Assembly (NCBI GenBank): GCA_022684035.1
Contig: JAJHSB010000062.1
Location: forward strand, 6,054-70,053
DNA from: Candidatus Acetothermia bacterium
GTDB lineage: Bacteria > Bipolaricaulota > Bipolaricaulia > UBA7950
Length of the DNA stretch: 64,000 nt
Direction: 5' to 3'
A program made the translations under genes and the position numbers. This document shows positions 47,554-56,605 of this stretch, in pieces. Below the pieces are notes generated by a model that saw only the letters and a list, made by a program, of their open reading frames with translations, was not told the DNA's origin and made no database searches. How positions within the stretch are numbered: position 1 is the first letter of the stretch; each line of letters starts with the position of its first letter.

Positions 47554-48490
47554 ACGCTACATCGGCCATTAGATTGCCGAGGACAACCAAGGCGGCGGTT
47601 ATCATGTTAATTCCCATTACGAGCGGAAAATCACGCGCAAAGACAGCTGCAACAAAGAGTCTTCCCATTCCTGGCCAGGCAGAGATGACCTCAGCGATCA
47701 TCGCTCCACCGAGGAGGAACGGAACCCATAGTCCGAGAATCGTTACTACCGGCAGTAATGAATTGCGGAGCGCGTGTTTCCAAATAACTATTTGCTGGCC
47801 CAGTCCTTTTGCTTGTGCGGTACGGATGTAATCCTGATTGATGACCTCAAGCATGCTGCCGCGCATATAGCGGATGAGCCCGGCGGTAAAGCCTAACCCG
47901 AGCACGATACCACCGGGAATGACCAGATGGCGCAATCGATCGATAAAGATTGTCCACCAGGTGGGGTCGCGCAGCCCAACGGTGCTCATCCCAGATAGCG
48001 GCAGCCACCCTAAATGGACGGAAAAGATAATAATCGCAATTATTCCTAAAAAGAACGAAGGGGTGGAGACAAAGAGAAATGCGGATAAGGTCGCAATATT
48101 ATCAGCGATAGAATACTGTTTGACAGCAGACAGAATCCCGATTGGAATCGCAACGATGACGCTCACCAAGACCGCCGGTATGGTAAGTTGTAGTGTCGCC
48201 GGAATACGTTCGGCAATCATCTCGAGTACCGGTCGCCGATGCACGAGCGAGTGGCCAAAATCACCTTCTAATATTCTTCCCAACCAACGCACATAGCGAA
48301 TATGGAAAGGTTGATCGAGACCGAAGTGTCTGATAATGGCCATCCGGTCCTCTTCCCGGCGCACACGGGCACCGATAAATACGGTTGAGAGACCTCCTGG
48401 AGCAAGATGCATCATGCTGAAGGTAATAAAGGTAATGACTAGCAACAACGGCAACGCAACAGCGCTGCGGCGGATTATGTATGTCAGCAT
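47519..48490 (-). CDS. peptide ABC transporter permease (OppB/DppB-like)
   Basis: MLTYIIRR-type N-terminus and an EAA motif (RTAQAKGL). Confidence 0.9.
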   Translation of the reverse strand: MLTYIIRRSAVALPLLLVITFITFSMMHLAPGGLSTVFIGARVRREEDRMAIIRHFGLDQPFHIRYVRWLGRILEGDFGHSLVHRRPVLEMIAERIPATLQLTIPAVLVSVIVAIPIGILSAVKQYSIADNIATLSAFLFVSTPSFFLGIIAIIIFSVHLGWLPLSGMSTVGLRDPTWWTIFIDRLRHLVIPGGIVLGLGFTAGLIRYMRGSMLEVINQDYIRTAQAKGLGQQIVIWKHALRNSLLPVVTILGLWVPFLLGGAMIAEVISAWPGMGRLFVAAVFARDFPLVMGINMITAALVVLGNLMADVAYAFLDPRIRYD

Positions 48491-48561
48491 CTCTAAGTCA
48501 CCTCCCGATAGGTTAAGACCGGGGAGCAGATCAGCCTCGACCCGCTCCCCGATAGTAGTCT

Positions 48562-50133
48562 TTAGTACCGCTGCAGATCCTCAGGGACCCACCAGTACTC
48601 AACGTTCCATAAGAAGCCGACCGGTGAAGGAACTACTCCACGGAAGCGGCGGCTGATTCCCATTATCGCCTCAACGTGGAACATGAAGCTCAGCGGCTGC
48701 AGTTCGTTCAGCCGTTCATGCAGCTCCCAATAGATCGCTCTTCTAGCCTCAAAATCCAACTCACGGCGACCGGCCTCGATCAATTGGTCCACGCGGGCAT
48801 CGACGAAGTTGGTGTCGTTGAACCCCCATTCCGCTTGACTGGAATGGAAGTAGATGTGAGGATCAGGTTCAACACCAACGCCAAAGCCGAGGAAGAAGGC
48901 TTCAAAGGCACGGCGCGGCGGATCGAGCCGGCTGACAAAGTCGCCCCACTCTAAAAAGAGAGGATTGAGACGGACACCGATCGCTGCATAGTGCTCCATT
49001 GCCAATTCGATGATCATCATTGCTACAGCATCACCGCTAAGGCCGAGGAACTCAAACTCAAAGATTACCCCATCTCGATCGAGCCAGCCGTCGCCATCAG
49101 TGTCTCGCCAGCCTGCTTCAGCGAGGAGCCTTCTCGCTTGTTCTGGATCGTAGGGCAACGGCTTTACTTCCGGGTTGAATGCCCAGGAGATGGGAGGGAA
49201 GGAGCTACTGGCCACTACAGCCAATCCTTCATAAACAACTTCGGCCATTGTTTCACGGTCGATCGCCAGAGTGAGCGCCTTTCTTACCCGGTCATCGTCG
49301 AACTTTGGAATACGTTCGTTCCAACCAAAGTAGTTGAAACTTAACGATGGGTAGCGATGGACATAGATGTGTTCCACTCTCAACATGCGCTGATAATGGA
49401 TCGGCGGGATACCAACCAGATCGATCGTACCGGCCTCAAGTTCGAGCATGCGCACCTCAAGGTCAGGGATTATTCTCCACATAATGCTATCAAGATAGGG
49501 AACTTGTCCAAAGTAGTTTTCGTTCCGATCAACGATGACATGGACATCGCTGATCCACTCACGGAAGATGAACGGCCCGGTCCCCACTGGGTTGTGGTTG
49601 AACGGAGCAACATTGACATCTACACCCTCAAGCAGGTGCCTGGGAATAATCCCCATCGCAAAGGCCTCCAATGCCGGAGCGAACGGCTCACGGAAGGTAA
49701 CTTGGAAAGTATAGGGATCGACAACCTTCCATTCTGTTACCTTTTCGTAATCACCGCGACGGATGGTGATCGTATGCGGGTCCATAATTGTTTCAAAGGT
49801 GAAGAGGAGATCTTCGGCCGTAAGTGGAACTCCGTCGTGCCAATAGACATCATCACGCAGGTGAAAAGTCCACACTAATCCGTCTTCTGAAACTTCCCAC
49901 GAACGCGCCAGATTTGGTTCAAATTCCAACCTGTCATTTATCTTAACCAATCCGCTGAATATCGTTCCGATTATCATCCCTGATGGAGTGTCTGTAAAGA
50001 GAATCGGATTGAGTACCATCGGGCTGACCATACCAATAATCAATGTGTCTCCACGGACTGGAACCTCCGCGGATGCGCTTGCAGCGAAGCTGACCAATAT
50101 TATCATTAATACCCAACTGATAACGATTTTCAT
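48562..50133 (-). CDS. ABC transporter substrate-binding protein, family 5 (OppA/DppA-like)
   Basis: Signal peptide plus an SBP_bac_5 fold; 523 aa. Confidence 0.88.
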   Translation of the reverse strand: MKIVISWVLMIILVSFAASASAEVPVRGDTLIIGMVSPMVLNPILFTDTPSGMIIGTIFSGLVKINDRLEFEPNLARSWEVSEDGLVWTFHLRDDVYWHDGVPLTAEDLLFTFETIMDPHTITIRRGDYEKVTEWKVVDPYTFQVTFREPFAPALEAFAMGIIPRHLLEGVDVNVAPFNHNPVGTGPFIFREWISDVHVIVDRNENYFGQVPYLDSIMWRIIPDLEVRMLELEAGTIDLVGIPPIHYQRMLRVEHIYVHRYPSLSFNYFGWNERIPKFDDDRVRKALTLAIDRETMAEVVYEGLAVVASSSFPPISWAFNPEVKPLPYDPEQARRLLAEAGWRDTDGDGWLDRDGVIFEFEFLGLSGDAVAMMIIELAMEHYAAIGVRLNPLFLEWGDFVSRLDPPRRAFEAFFLGFGVGVEPDPHIYFHSSQAEWGFNDTNFVDARVDQLIEAGRRELDFEARRAIYWELHERLNELQPLSFMFHVEAIMGISRRFRGVVPSPVGFLWNVEYWWVPEDLQRY

Positions 50134-50299
50134 ATTTATAACCTCCTGAAATATTTTCTTGTTCTTGCTTTGCTGATACTGGCTGCGATCTAATTACTCC
50201 ATAATCTCACCTCCCACAATTATACAGTATAACATTGCGAGCGATCGTTTGCAAGGTCGAGAGAGCCGAGAAATAATCAGGGCTCACGGTCTGGAAAGG

Positions 50300-50400
50300 G
50301 TTCGGAGAAGAGAGGTTGCTGGTGGTTGGTCGCTGTCTCCTGTCTCCTGTTTCCTGTCTCCTGGCTACTGGCTCGACTCGCAATGACAAGAAAGCGAAGG
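50300..50400. repeat. composite repeat with (TGTCTCC)x4 heptamers and 'ctcgcaatgac'
   Basis: gttcggagaagagaggttgctggtggttggtcgctgtctcctgtctcctgtttcctgtctcctggctactggctcgactcgcaatgac. Confidence 0.7.
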
Positions 50401-50530
50401 CACGGCGCATCTCTTAACGAATCGCGCTTGAATATAACTTAGATCACCTCTTTTCCGAACATACATCTTCTTGCTCTGGAAGTTAGATCCTTCGTTGCGG
50501 ACGCCAATGCGTGTATTATCCTCTGCAAAG

Positions 50531-53476
50531 ATGATCAGAAAAGAATCTCTGCGGCGCATGGATGGAAGAGCAGTGGCTATTCTCTTGGTAGTAGTTGGCG
50601 CGTTATTGCTCGGTTGGGGATGTACTGCTTACTCATCCGGCGAAATCGTTGTTCAAGTCCTCTCTCCTCCTAAGGATGCCGAGCCAGGTGACTTTGTCTC
50701 GCATGTATTTAGTGTGACCAATCTGGGAGAAGTAAGAGAATCAATCCTTATTACCACTGAAATTCCTGCTGGTTGGCGTCTACTTGGAGTGCCGCCGGTA
50801 CTGAGGATCGATGCGGGTGAGGAAGAAGTTATCTTTCTTACAGTGATCATACCGCCGGTGGCGCTCGCTGGTGAATATACGATTACACTCACCGCTAAAT
50901 TAGAACGTGATCCTGCTGTGAGAGACAGCGCCGTAGCAATGGTAACAGTGCTCCCTGTCGTTGGAGTGCAGGTCATTCCTCCAGAAGGAGCGTATGTCGA
51001 TCCCGGCGAGAGAGTCTATTACGAATTTATCGTCGTCAATACAGGAAACGCGCCGGATGCTTTCCAGATCGAGGCAACATCAGGACATCATTGGGATGTA
51101 AATCTTCCCGTCACTCTGATCAGTCTCGCGCCAGGGGAGAGAGGATCGATCAAAGTGGTGCTTACTGTTCCTCCCGATGCTCTCCCTAGTCGTGACCCTT
51201 TGCGATTCAGCGCGCGTTCGATTATTACTGTGATGGTCTTGGCAGAGACATTTCTCTTCACGACTATCCTCCCTCCTCCTCCGCACCTAATCGGTGGGAC
51301 ACTATTCGAAGATGTACTGGCAACGCTGCGTCTCTCATTAGGACAAGATATGATAATCGGTGATATTAGAAGCGATCTTTTGTTCTCACTACGGGGAATC
51401 GTTAAAGAAGGACTCTTTACTTTCGCGATGCGGGGAGCTCCTCTGTTTGGGCCTGACCCATTTCAGCTTGCAGCGATAACTGCCCGCTACCAATACGGTG
51501 TCACTGATTTCGCTGTAGGCGATGTATCACAGAGATTTACAAGGTTACTTAGCCTCTCTGGTCGCGGCGGAAGTGTACGAATAAACAAAGAGATGTTCCG
51601 TCTGGGCTTTCTCGCTGCTCAAGCAGCCGATGAGTTACGCAGTGGCGGGGTAATTAATATCGGCCCGGCAATCCTTAACTTTGGCCTCGCCTACATGGAA
51701 CAGACTGGTAATAAGGAACAAAGGAGGAGTTGGAGCATCACAGGTCGTCTGTTCCCCTTACCAGAATGGGAGCTGTCAGTTGAAGGCGCGCTGGGAAAGG
51801 TAGATGAATTACCAAGTCGGGCATTATGGTTCAACACAACCATCGATACTGGCAATTATGATCTTATTGCTGACCTCTTTTCCGTGGGCAGCCATTTCCC
51901 CGGGGCGATGCGCGATAGAGAGGGAGTTCGGATTACACAATGGATACGCTTCGGAGATTTTGCTCTGCGTTCTAATTTTAACCATGTACGTGATAATGTC
52001 GATCGTAACCCACTCGTTGCTACCTCTGTCTCTGATCAAGTGCGCCTGAACGTCTCACTTATTCCTTGGGAAGATGCCCCCCGGGTCATCGCTGGAGTTG
52101 AATTTGATCGAGACAGAACCACAGAGCCCTTGCCGGCTGATGAACATCGACGTGTCTTCTTCCTTACCATCTCTCACCCGGTTGATCCTCTGCCATATTC
52201 ACTCGGTATGCGGATCTCCGACCAACGAGATCTGATCGCCGACACTCACTTCCGTACCTTTAGCTTTACTCAAGGAGTCGGATTCTCTATCGACGAACAT
52301 GACTTTTTCCTTTCTCTGTCACAAAGACGGAGATTGGATCTTCTGACCAACGAGATCATTAGTCGTGAGGTCGATACACACCTTCGATTTCGTCCTCGCG
52401 GTGTACTGCACTCAGCAATCTTCTCTCTCTTTATAAATGAAGGTGAATTTTCGCTTGCCGGCAGCGCGACGATCAGACTGACTCCCAGGCAGAGCATCAT
52501 ACTTAGCGCTCGTTGGGCATGGGATGAGGATGATCGAGATGTTGATTTCTCAATACTTGTGACAGCAGACATCTCTTTCGATCTGCCGATTCCGTTCTTC
52601 TTGACAAGAGGACGGATCGAGGGACGGGTATTTATCGATCGAAATGGCAACTTCGTCTTTGATGAAGGAGATGAAGGAGTGCCAGGGGCAGTCGTATGGA
52701 GCGAAAGAAGCGAGGTTTCAACCGGCGAGACAGGTTTCTTCCGCTTCCTTCCCTTTCAACCGGGGATTCATCCGGTCAACGTACGCCTCTTGCCGCATGG
52801 AACAACACCGGCAATTCCATTACCGGTGCAGGTCGCTCTCCAAGCAGGCGAGACGGTGTGGGTCGATATACCGCTGCGCCCGATCTTATCAGTCAGTGGG
52901 TATCTCTTTAATGATCTTGACCAGGATGGACTACATGATCCAGGAGAAGGAGGATTCGCTACAGTTAGAGCATTACTCACCGACAGAGATAGAGAACTGA
53001 TTGCTGTCACCCATACTGCTGCATTGGGTCGATTCGATTTCTGGGATGTCTTGCCCGGGCAATACATCGTCTCAATCGATCCTGCCACTTTGCCGGAGCG
53101 ATTCGTCTTTACCACCCCCGAGACAGCGGCAGTGGAAGTTGTGATCGATATTGCAGTCACAGAGGTGATCTTCGGCGGCTATATCGCTCCACCAGTGATT
53201 ATCATTCCGTTGATACCTCCCACAGCTGATTTTGTCTTTACGCCGCAGGTGCCGCGGGTTGGCGAAGTGGTTCAATTTGATGGCGGGTATTCGTTCGACC
53301 TTGACGGCTGGATCATCTCTTTTGAATGGGATTTTGATGACGACGGAGTGATCGATATTGTCGGCGAAATTGTCGAACATACTTTCACTGCTGTGGGTCA
53401 GTTTCCTGTTACATTGATCGTTACGGATAATGACGGTCTTAGTAATTCGATCACCCTTATCGTCGTTGTGCAGTAG
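50531..53476 (+). CDS. large secreted/surface protein with CARDB-like N-terminal domains and a C-terminal PKD domain
   Basis: Signal peptide (MIRKESLRRMDGRAVAILLVVVGALLL). Repeated beta-sandwich modules (VFSVTNLGEV..., FIVVNTGNAPDAF). A C-terminal PKD-like stretch (FDGGYSFDLDG...WDFDDDGVID...TLIVTDNDG). The central 500 aa match no family I recognise. Confidence 0.6.
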   Translation: MIRKESLRRMDGRAVAILLVVVGALLLGWGCTAYSSGEIVVQVLSPPKDAEPGDFVSHVFSVTNLGEVRESILITTEIPAGWRLLGVPPVLRIDAGEEEVIFLTVIIPPVALAGEYTITLTAKLERDPAVRDSAVAMVTVLPVVGVQVIPPEGAYVDPGERVYYEFIVVNTGNAPDAFQIEATSGHHWDVNLPVTLISLAPGERGSIKVVLTVPPDALPSRDPLRFSARSIITVMVLAETFLFTTILPPPPHLIGGTLFEDVLATLRLSLGQDMIIGDIRSDLLFSLRGIVKEGLFTFAMRGAPLFGPDPFQLAAITARYQYGVTDFAVGDVSQRFTRLLSLSGRGGSVRINKEMFRLGFLAAQAADELRSGGVINIGPAILNFGLAYMEQTGNKEQRRSWSITGRLFPLPEWELSVEGALGKVDELPSRALWFNTTIDTGNYDLIADLFSVGSHFPGAMRDREGVRITQWIRFGDFALRSNFNHVRDNVDRNPLVATSVSDQVRLNVSLIPWEDAPRVIAGVEFDRDRTTEPLPADEHRRVFFLTISHPVDPLPYSLGMRISDQRDLIADTHFRTFSFTQGVGFSIDEHDFFLSLSQRRRLDLLTNEIISREVDTHLRFRPRGVLHSAIFSLFINEGEFSLAGSATIRLTPRQSIILSARWAWDEDDRDVDFSILVTADISFDLPIPFFLTRGRIEGRVFIDRNGNFVFDEGDEGVPGAVVWSERSEVSTGETGFFRFLPFQPGIHPVNVRLLPHGTTPAIPLPVQVALQAGETVWVDIPLRPILSVSGYLFNDLDQDGLHDPGEGGFATVRALLTDRDRELIAVTHTAALGRFDFWDVLPGQYIVSIDPATLPERFVFTTPETAAVEVVIDIAVTEVIFGGYIAPPVIIIPLIPPTADFVFTPQVPRVGEVVQFDGGYSFDLDGWIISFEWDFDDDGVIDIVGEIVEHTFTAVGQFPVTLIVTDNDGLSNSITLIVVVQ

Positions 53477-53499
53477 ATTCTTATTTTTGGTTCTTTTCC

Positions 53500-53606
53500 A
53501 ATTTAGTTGCTAAAAAGGATTCAAGAATTCGAGGGTTCAAGTATTCCCCTTGACTCCTTAACCCCTCGAATCCTCATGATCTCACCAACTTTTGGGGAGA
53601 TGATCC
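53500..53606. repeat. 'aatttagttgctaaaaagg' hairpin element, 24 nt after the stop codon
   Basis: aatttagttgctaaaaaggattcaagaattcgagggttcaagtattccccttgactccttaacccctcgaatcctcatgatctcaccaacttttggggagatgatcc. Confidence 0.7.
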
Positions 53607-53896
53607 TTATTTATTAAAAGATAATGATACATTCTATATAAAATCTATCTTCCATGTTTTCTGCTTCTTTTTAATTCTTACTGTGTCGCCACTAAAATGA
53701 AGTATCCACTTGACTTTTGCAAAGAGATATATATAATTAATTTAATGTCTATGTTGTTGTGGGCAACTTGGCGAGACAGTTGTACAACTCTTCTTTGCCT
53801 GCTGCTCGGCAACTGAAAAGAAAATCGACAATAGCAAGAGGTGGTCGGTCGAGTAAGTTGATTATAGATTAATCATAGTTAAAATAGACGTTAAAA

Positions 53897-54340
53897 GCCA
53901 GATAAACCTAACGGAGGTAAATGCGATGACCGGAAAAAAGGACATCAAAAAGCCAGATAAGCCTAATGTCGGCAAGAGCGATGCCCAGAAAAAAGGGCCA
54001 GCAAAAAGATAGATAAACCTAATGGAGGTAAATGCGATGACCGGAAAAAAGGACATCAAAAAGCCAGATAAGCCTAACGGCGGCAAGAGCGATGCCCAGA
54101 AAAAAGGGCCACAAAAAGCTAGATAAGTATAGCTAACGTAGGAGCGATGCCCAGAAAAAAGGGCAAAAACAAAAGAACAGATAACAATAGCGGAGGTAAG
54201 AGCGATGGCCGAAAAAAAGGGCAGCAAAAAGCCAGATAAGTCTAGCCAACGTAAGAGCGATGCCCAGAAAAAAGGGCAAAAACAAAAGAACAGATAACAA
54301 TAGCGGAGGTAAGAGCGATGGCCGAAAAAAAGGGCAAAAA
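53897..54340. repeat. tandem array (about 8 units of 50-60 bp) duplicating the RBS, start codon and first codons of the downstream beta-CA gene
   Basis: Units follow the form gccagataaRcctaaYgg(a/c)gg(t/c)aa(a/g)Ngcgatg(a/c/g)ccNgaaaaaaggNc...aaaaa. Each unit carries GGAGGTAA-N-GCGATG and short Lys-rich ORFs (for example MTGKKDIKKPDKPNVGKSDAQKKGPAKR*). The last unit is the real gene start at 54318. Confidence 0.85.
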
Positions 54341-55373
54341 CAACAAAAAGCCTGATAAGACTATCGGTATACTTCTGGTTGTAGTCGTTGGTTTAGCGCT
54401 ATATTCTGCTCTATTTATGTCATTTACTCTGCCGGGAATTGGCGGTCGATTAGCAGAGCTCCGCGATGATGTAGGAGCGATTGTCGCCAATGTCGCTGGC
54501 TTAGTAGCACCGATAAGAGCAGAAGTAACAGGTGTACGCGCAGAAGTAACTGGTGTACGCGCAGAAATGGCAGCTGTGGGAGATGCTGTAGCAGTAACCC
54601 GCACTCAAATAATAGCCCAAATAGAAGCTTTGGAAGAAGCGCTAACCCCAGAATACTATCTCCGTCCCGCTGATCTAACGCAAAATCCGGAGGCAGCATG
54701 GCAGGAACTGACGGTAGGTAACGCACGGTTCATTGCCGGTGCAACAGTAGTACGGGATTGGGCCGCATTGCGAAAAAAGCATGCAGTTGGACAATGGCCG
54801 TTTGTTTCCATTGTCTCTTGCTCCGACTCCAGATTCTCTCCGGAAGTAATCTTCGATCAGGGGATCGGCGATGTATTTAGCGTCCGTACCGCGGGCAATA
54901 TAGTTGATGAGATAGCATTAGGCTCGCTCGAATTTTCAGTCAATGTGCTTGGAGCTCCATTGATAGTTGTGCTCGGGCACGAGGGTTGTGGTGCGGTATT
55001 TTCTACTGTCGATGCTCTGAAAGAAGTACTTAAGCTTCCGCCTGGGTTTGAGCCCGACAAGTTGATGTATGTTGTCGGTGAGATCATCCCTGCAGCGGAA
55101 GAAGCAATCGCAACAGGAAAAACCGGGATTGAACTCAGAGAATATGCGACGACAGTGAACGTCCGTATAGTCGCAGCAGAAATCATCATCGACGCATTTG
55201 GGATTGCCGACGCTATCCGAAGGGGAGATGTTATCGTCATTGGCGCTAAGGTCATGTTCGATGGCACCGTCACCGAACTATTTCGGGTAGATGAAGCTAA
55301 TATCGACGAGTTTATCGCCGCAATGGTTTATCTCAGAGATATTGCCGGACAACCATGTGAATGTTGCAGCTAA
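54318..55373 (+). CDS. membrane-anchored beta-class carbonic anhydrase with Lys-rich N-terminus, a TM helix and RAEVTGV heptad repeats
   Basis: Beta-CA motifs CSDSR and HEGCGAV in the C-terminal 200 aa. The N-terminus is MAEKKGKNNKKPDK followed by a hydrophobic helix and RAEVTGVRAEVTGVRAEMAAV. Confidence 0.8.
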   Translation: MAEKKGKNNKKPDKTIGILLVVVVGLALYSALFMSFTLPGIGGRLAELRDDVGAIVANVAGLVAPIRAEVTGVRAEVTGVRAEMAAVGDAVAVTRTQIIAQIEALEEALTPEYYLRPADLTQNPEAAWQELTVGNARFIAGATVVRDWAALRKKHAVGQWPFVSIVSCSDSRFSPEVIFDQGIGDVFSVRTAGNIVDEIALGSLEFSVNVLGAPLIVVLGHEGCGAVFSTVDALKEVLKLPPGFEPDKLMYVVGEIIPAAEEAIATGKTGIELREYATTVNVRIVAAEIIIDAFGIADAIRRGDVIVIGAKVMFDGTVTELFRVDEANIDEFIAAMVYLRDIAGQPCECCS

Positions 55374-55610
55374 TATCAATGCGTTTACCAAAGTAGGGCA
55401 GTCCGAAGAGACCGTCCGGTAGCTGTACAAGTAGAAGTAGGGGCGATCTGCACACCGCCCCTACTTTTTATTAGATAGAGCTTGTCTAAAAACTCCAATG
55501 ACGATTTCCTATGGAAGCAGCAGTTTTTAGACAGCCTCAATAGATAGAGGTGTTTGACACCATAAGAATTTCAAAGTGCAGAATAAAGTAGATAGACTAG
55601 ACTATTAGGG

Positions 55611-55920
55611 TCTAAAATCTAAAGTCTTGCGCAAACTTGTCCTCGCGAAGGCGGGGAATGGAAAGAAGTTAAACTCACAAATTCCAAGCACCAATTTCCA
55701 AACAAATCTCAATGACCAATGACCAAAATCTCAAACAGAAAGGCCGGAGTCTTTTCCTCGATTGTCGACAAATCGCTCATAGAAGTTTGGTTATTAGGAT
55801 TTGGTTATTGTTTGGAAATTGAGATTTGGTCATTGGGATTTCCGGCTTGTCCGGGTTAGGGGCAAAACAAACTCTGTAGGATTAAGCAACGGGATTGCTT
55901 CGCAGACTCACAATGACAAA
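55611..55920. repeat. family-1 MITE-like element (complete) plus 'gcaatgac' tail, 5' of the tRNA cluster
   Basis: ggtctaaaatctaaagtcttgcgcaaa ... aatgaccaatgaccaaaatctcaaacag [core] tttggttattaggatttggttattgtttggaaattgagatttggtcattgggatttccggcttgtccgggttagg, then gggattgcttcgcagactcacaatgac. Confidence 0.85.
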
Positions 55921-55988
55921 GGGGAGAGAGGGCTATTTTGTATTCTCCTTGACCGATAGAACAGAACTTGGTAATATTCATTAGAGTT

Positions 55989-56060
55989 GCGGGAGTAGCT
56001 CAGTGGTAGAGCACTGCCTTGCCAAGGCAGACGTCGCGGGTTCGAATCCCGTTTCCCGCT
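55989..56060 (+). tRNA. tRNA-Gly (GCC)
   Basis: GCGGGAGTAGCTCAGTGGTAGAGCACTGCCTTGCCAAGGCAG...TTCGAATCCCGTTTCCCGCT, with anticodon loop ttGCCaa. Confidence 0.85.
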
Positions 56061-56099
56061 TAGCCTCGTTAATCGATATTACGTTAGCGTACTACGATC

Positions 56100-56185
56100 G
56101 CCGGGGTGGCGGAATTGGCAGACGCAAGGGACTTAAAATCCTTTGAGGGTATCCCCTCGTGCGGGTTCAAGTCCCGCTCCCGGCA
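56100..56185 (+). tRNA. tRNA-Leu (TAA)
   Basis: 86 nt with a long variable arm; anticodon loop ctTAAaa. Confidence 0.8.
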
Positions 56186-56204
56186 AAGAGAAAGATAAAG
56201 ATAT

Positions 56205-56278
56205 CGCGGGGTGGAGCAACCTGGAAGCTCGTCGGGCTCATAACCCGGAGGTTGTCGGTTCGAATCCGACCCCCGCAA
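56205..56278 (+). tRNA. tRNA-fMet initiator (CAT), copy 1
   Basis: C1:A72 mismatch and three G-C pairs in the anticodon stem (gggCTCATAAccc). Confidence 0.8.
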
Positions 56279-56302
56279 CTAGTTGCAATATTTAGTATTT
56301 AC

Positions 56303-56376
56303 CGCGGGGTGGAGCAACCTGGAAGCTCGTCGGGCTCATAACCCGGAGGTTGTCGGTTCGAATCCGACTCCCGCAA
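56303..56376 (+). tRNA. tRNA-fMet initiator (CAT), copy 2
   Basis: Near-identical to copy 1, differing by 1 nt in the acceptor 3' strand. Confidence 0.8.
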
Positions 56377-56388
56377 CTATGTCAAGTC

Positions 56389-56463
56389 GGCGACGTAGCT
56401 CAACCGGCTTAGAGCGCTCGGCTCATATCCGAGAGGTTCAGGGTTCAAGTCCCTGCGTCGCCA
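56389..56463 (+). tRNA. tRNA with CAT anticodon (elongator Met or lysidine-modified Ile2)
   Basis: GGCGACGTAGCTCAACCGGCTAGAGCGCTCGGCTCATATCCGAG...TTCAAGTCCCTGCGTCGCCA. I cannot tell Met from Ile2 by eye. Confidence 0.7.
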
Positions 56464-56467
56464 TATC

Positions 56468-56541
56468 GGGGGTGTAGCTCTAACTGGGAGAGCGCTGCGT
56501 TCGCATCGCAGAGGATGGCGGTTCGAATCCGCTCACCTCCA
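56468..56541 (+). tRNA. tRNA-Ala (CGC)
   Basis: G3:U70 in the acceptor stem; anticodon loop ttCGCat. Confidence 0.75.
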
Positions 56542-56605
56542 TTCTCTGTCATTGCGAGAGTTCGCAGAACTCGTGGCAATCTCAAAGAGATAATTCTCGT
56601 TTAGA

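Noticed and set aside
53897-54340. Possible CRISPR array
   Set aside because: The repeat units are contiguous with no unique spacers. Each contains an RBS plus ATG homologous to the downstream gene start, and no cas genes are nearby.
53862-54604. Minus-strand ORFs 53862..54227 and 54242..54604, with repetitive FFWASLLP-type peptides
   Set aside because: They are read through the tandem start-region repeats upstream of the beta-CA gene. The periodic sequence keeps all frames open, so these are not genes.
56389-56463. Confident Ile2 (lysidine) assignment for the third CAT tRNA
   Set aside because: Elongator Met and Ile2 cannot be separated by eye, so it is left as CAT-anticodon tRNA.
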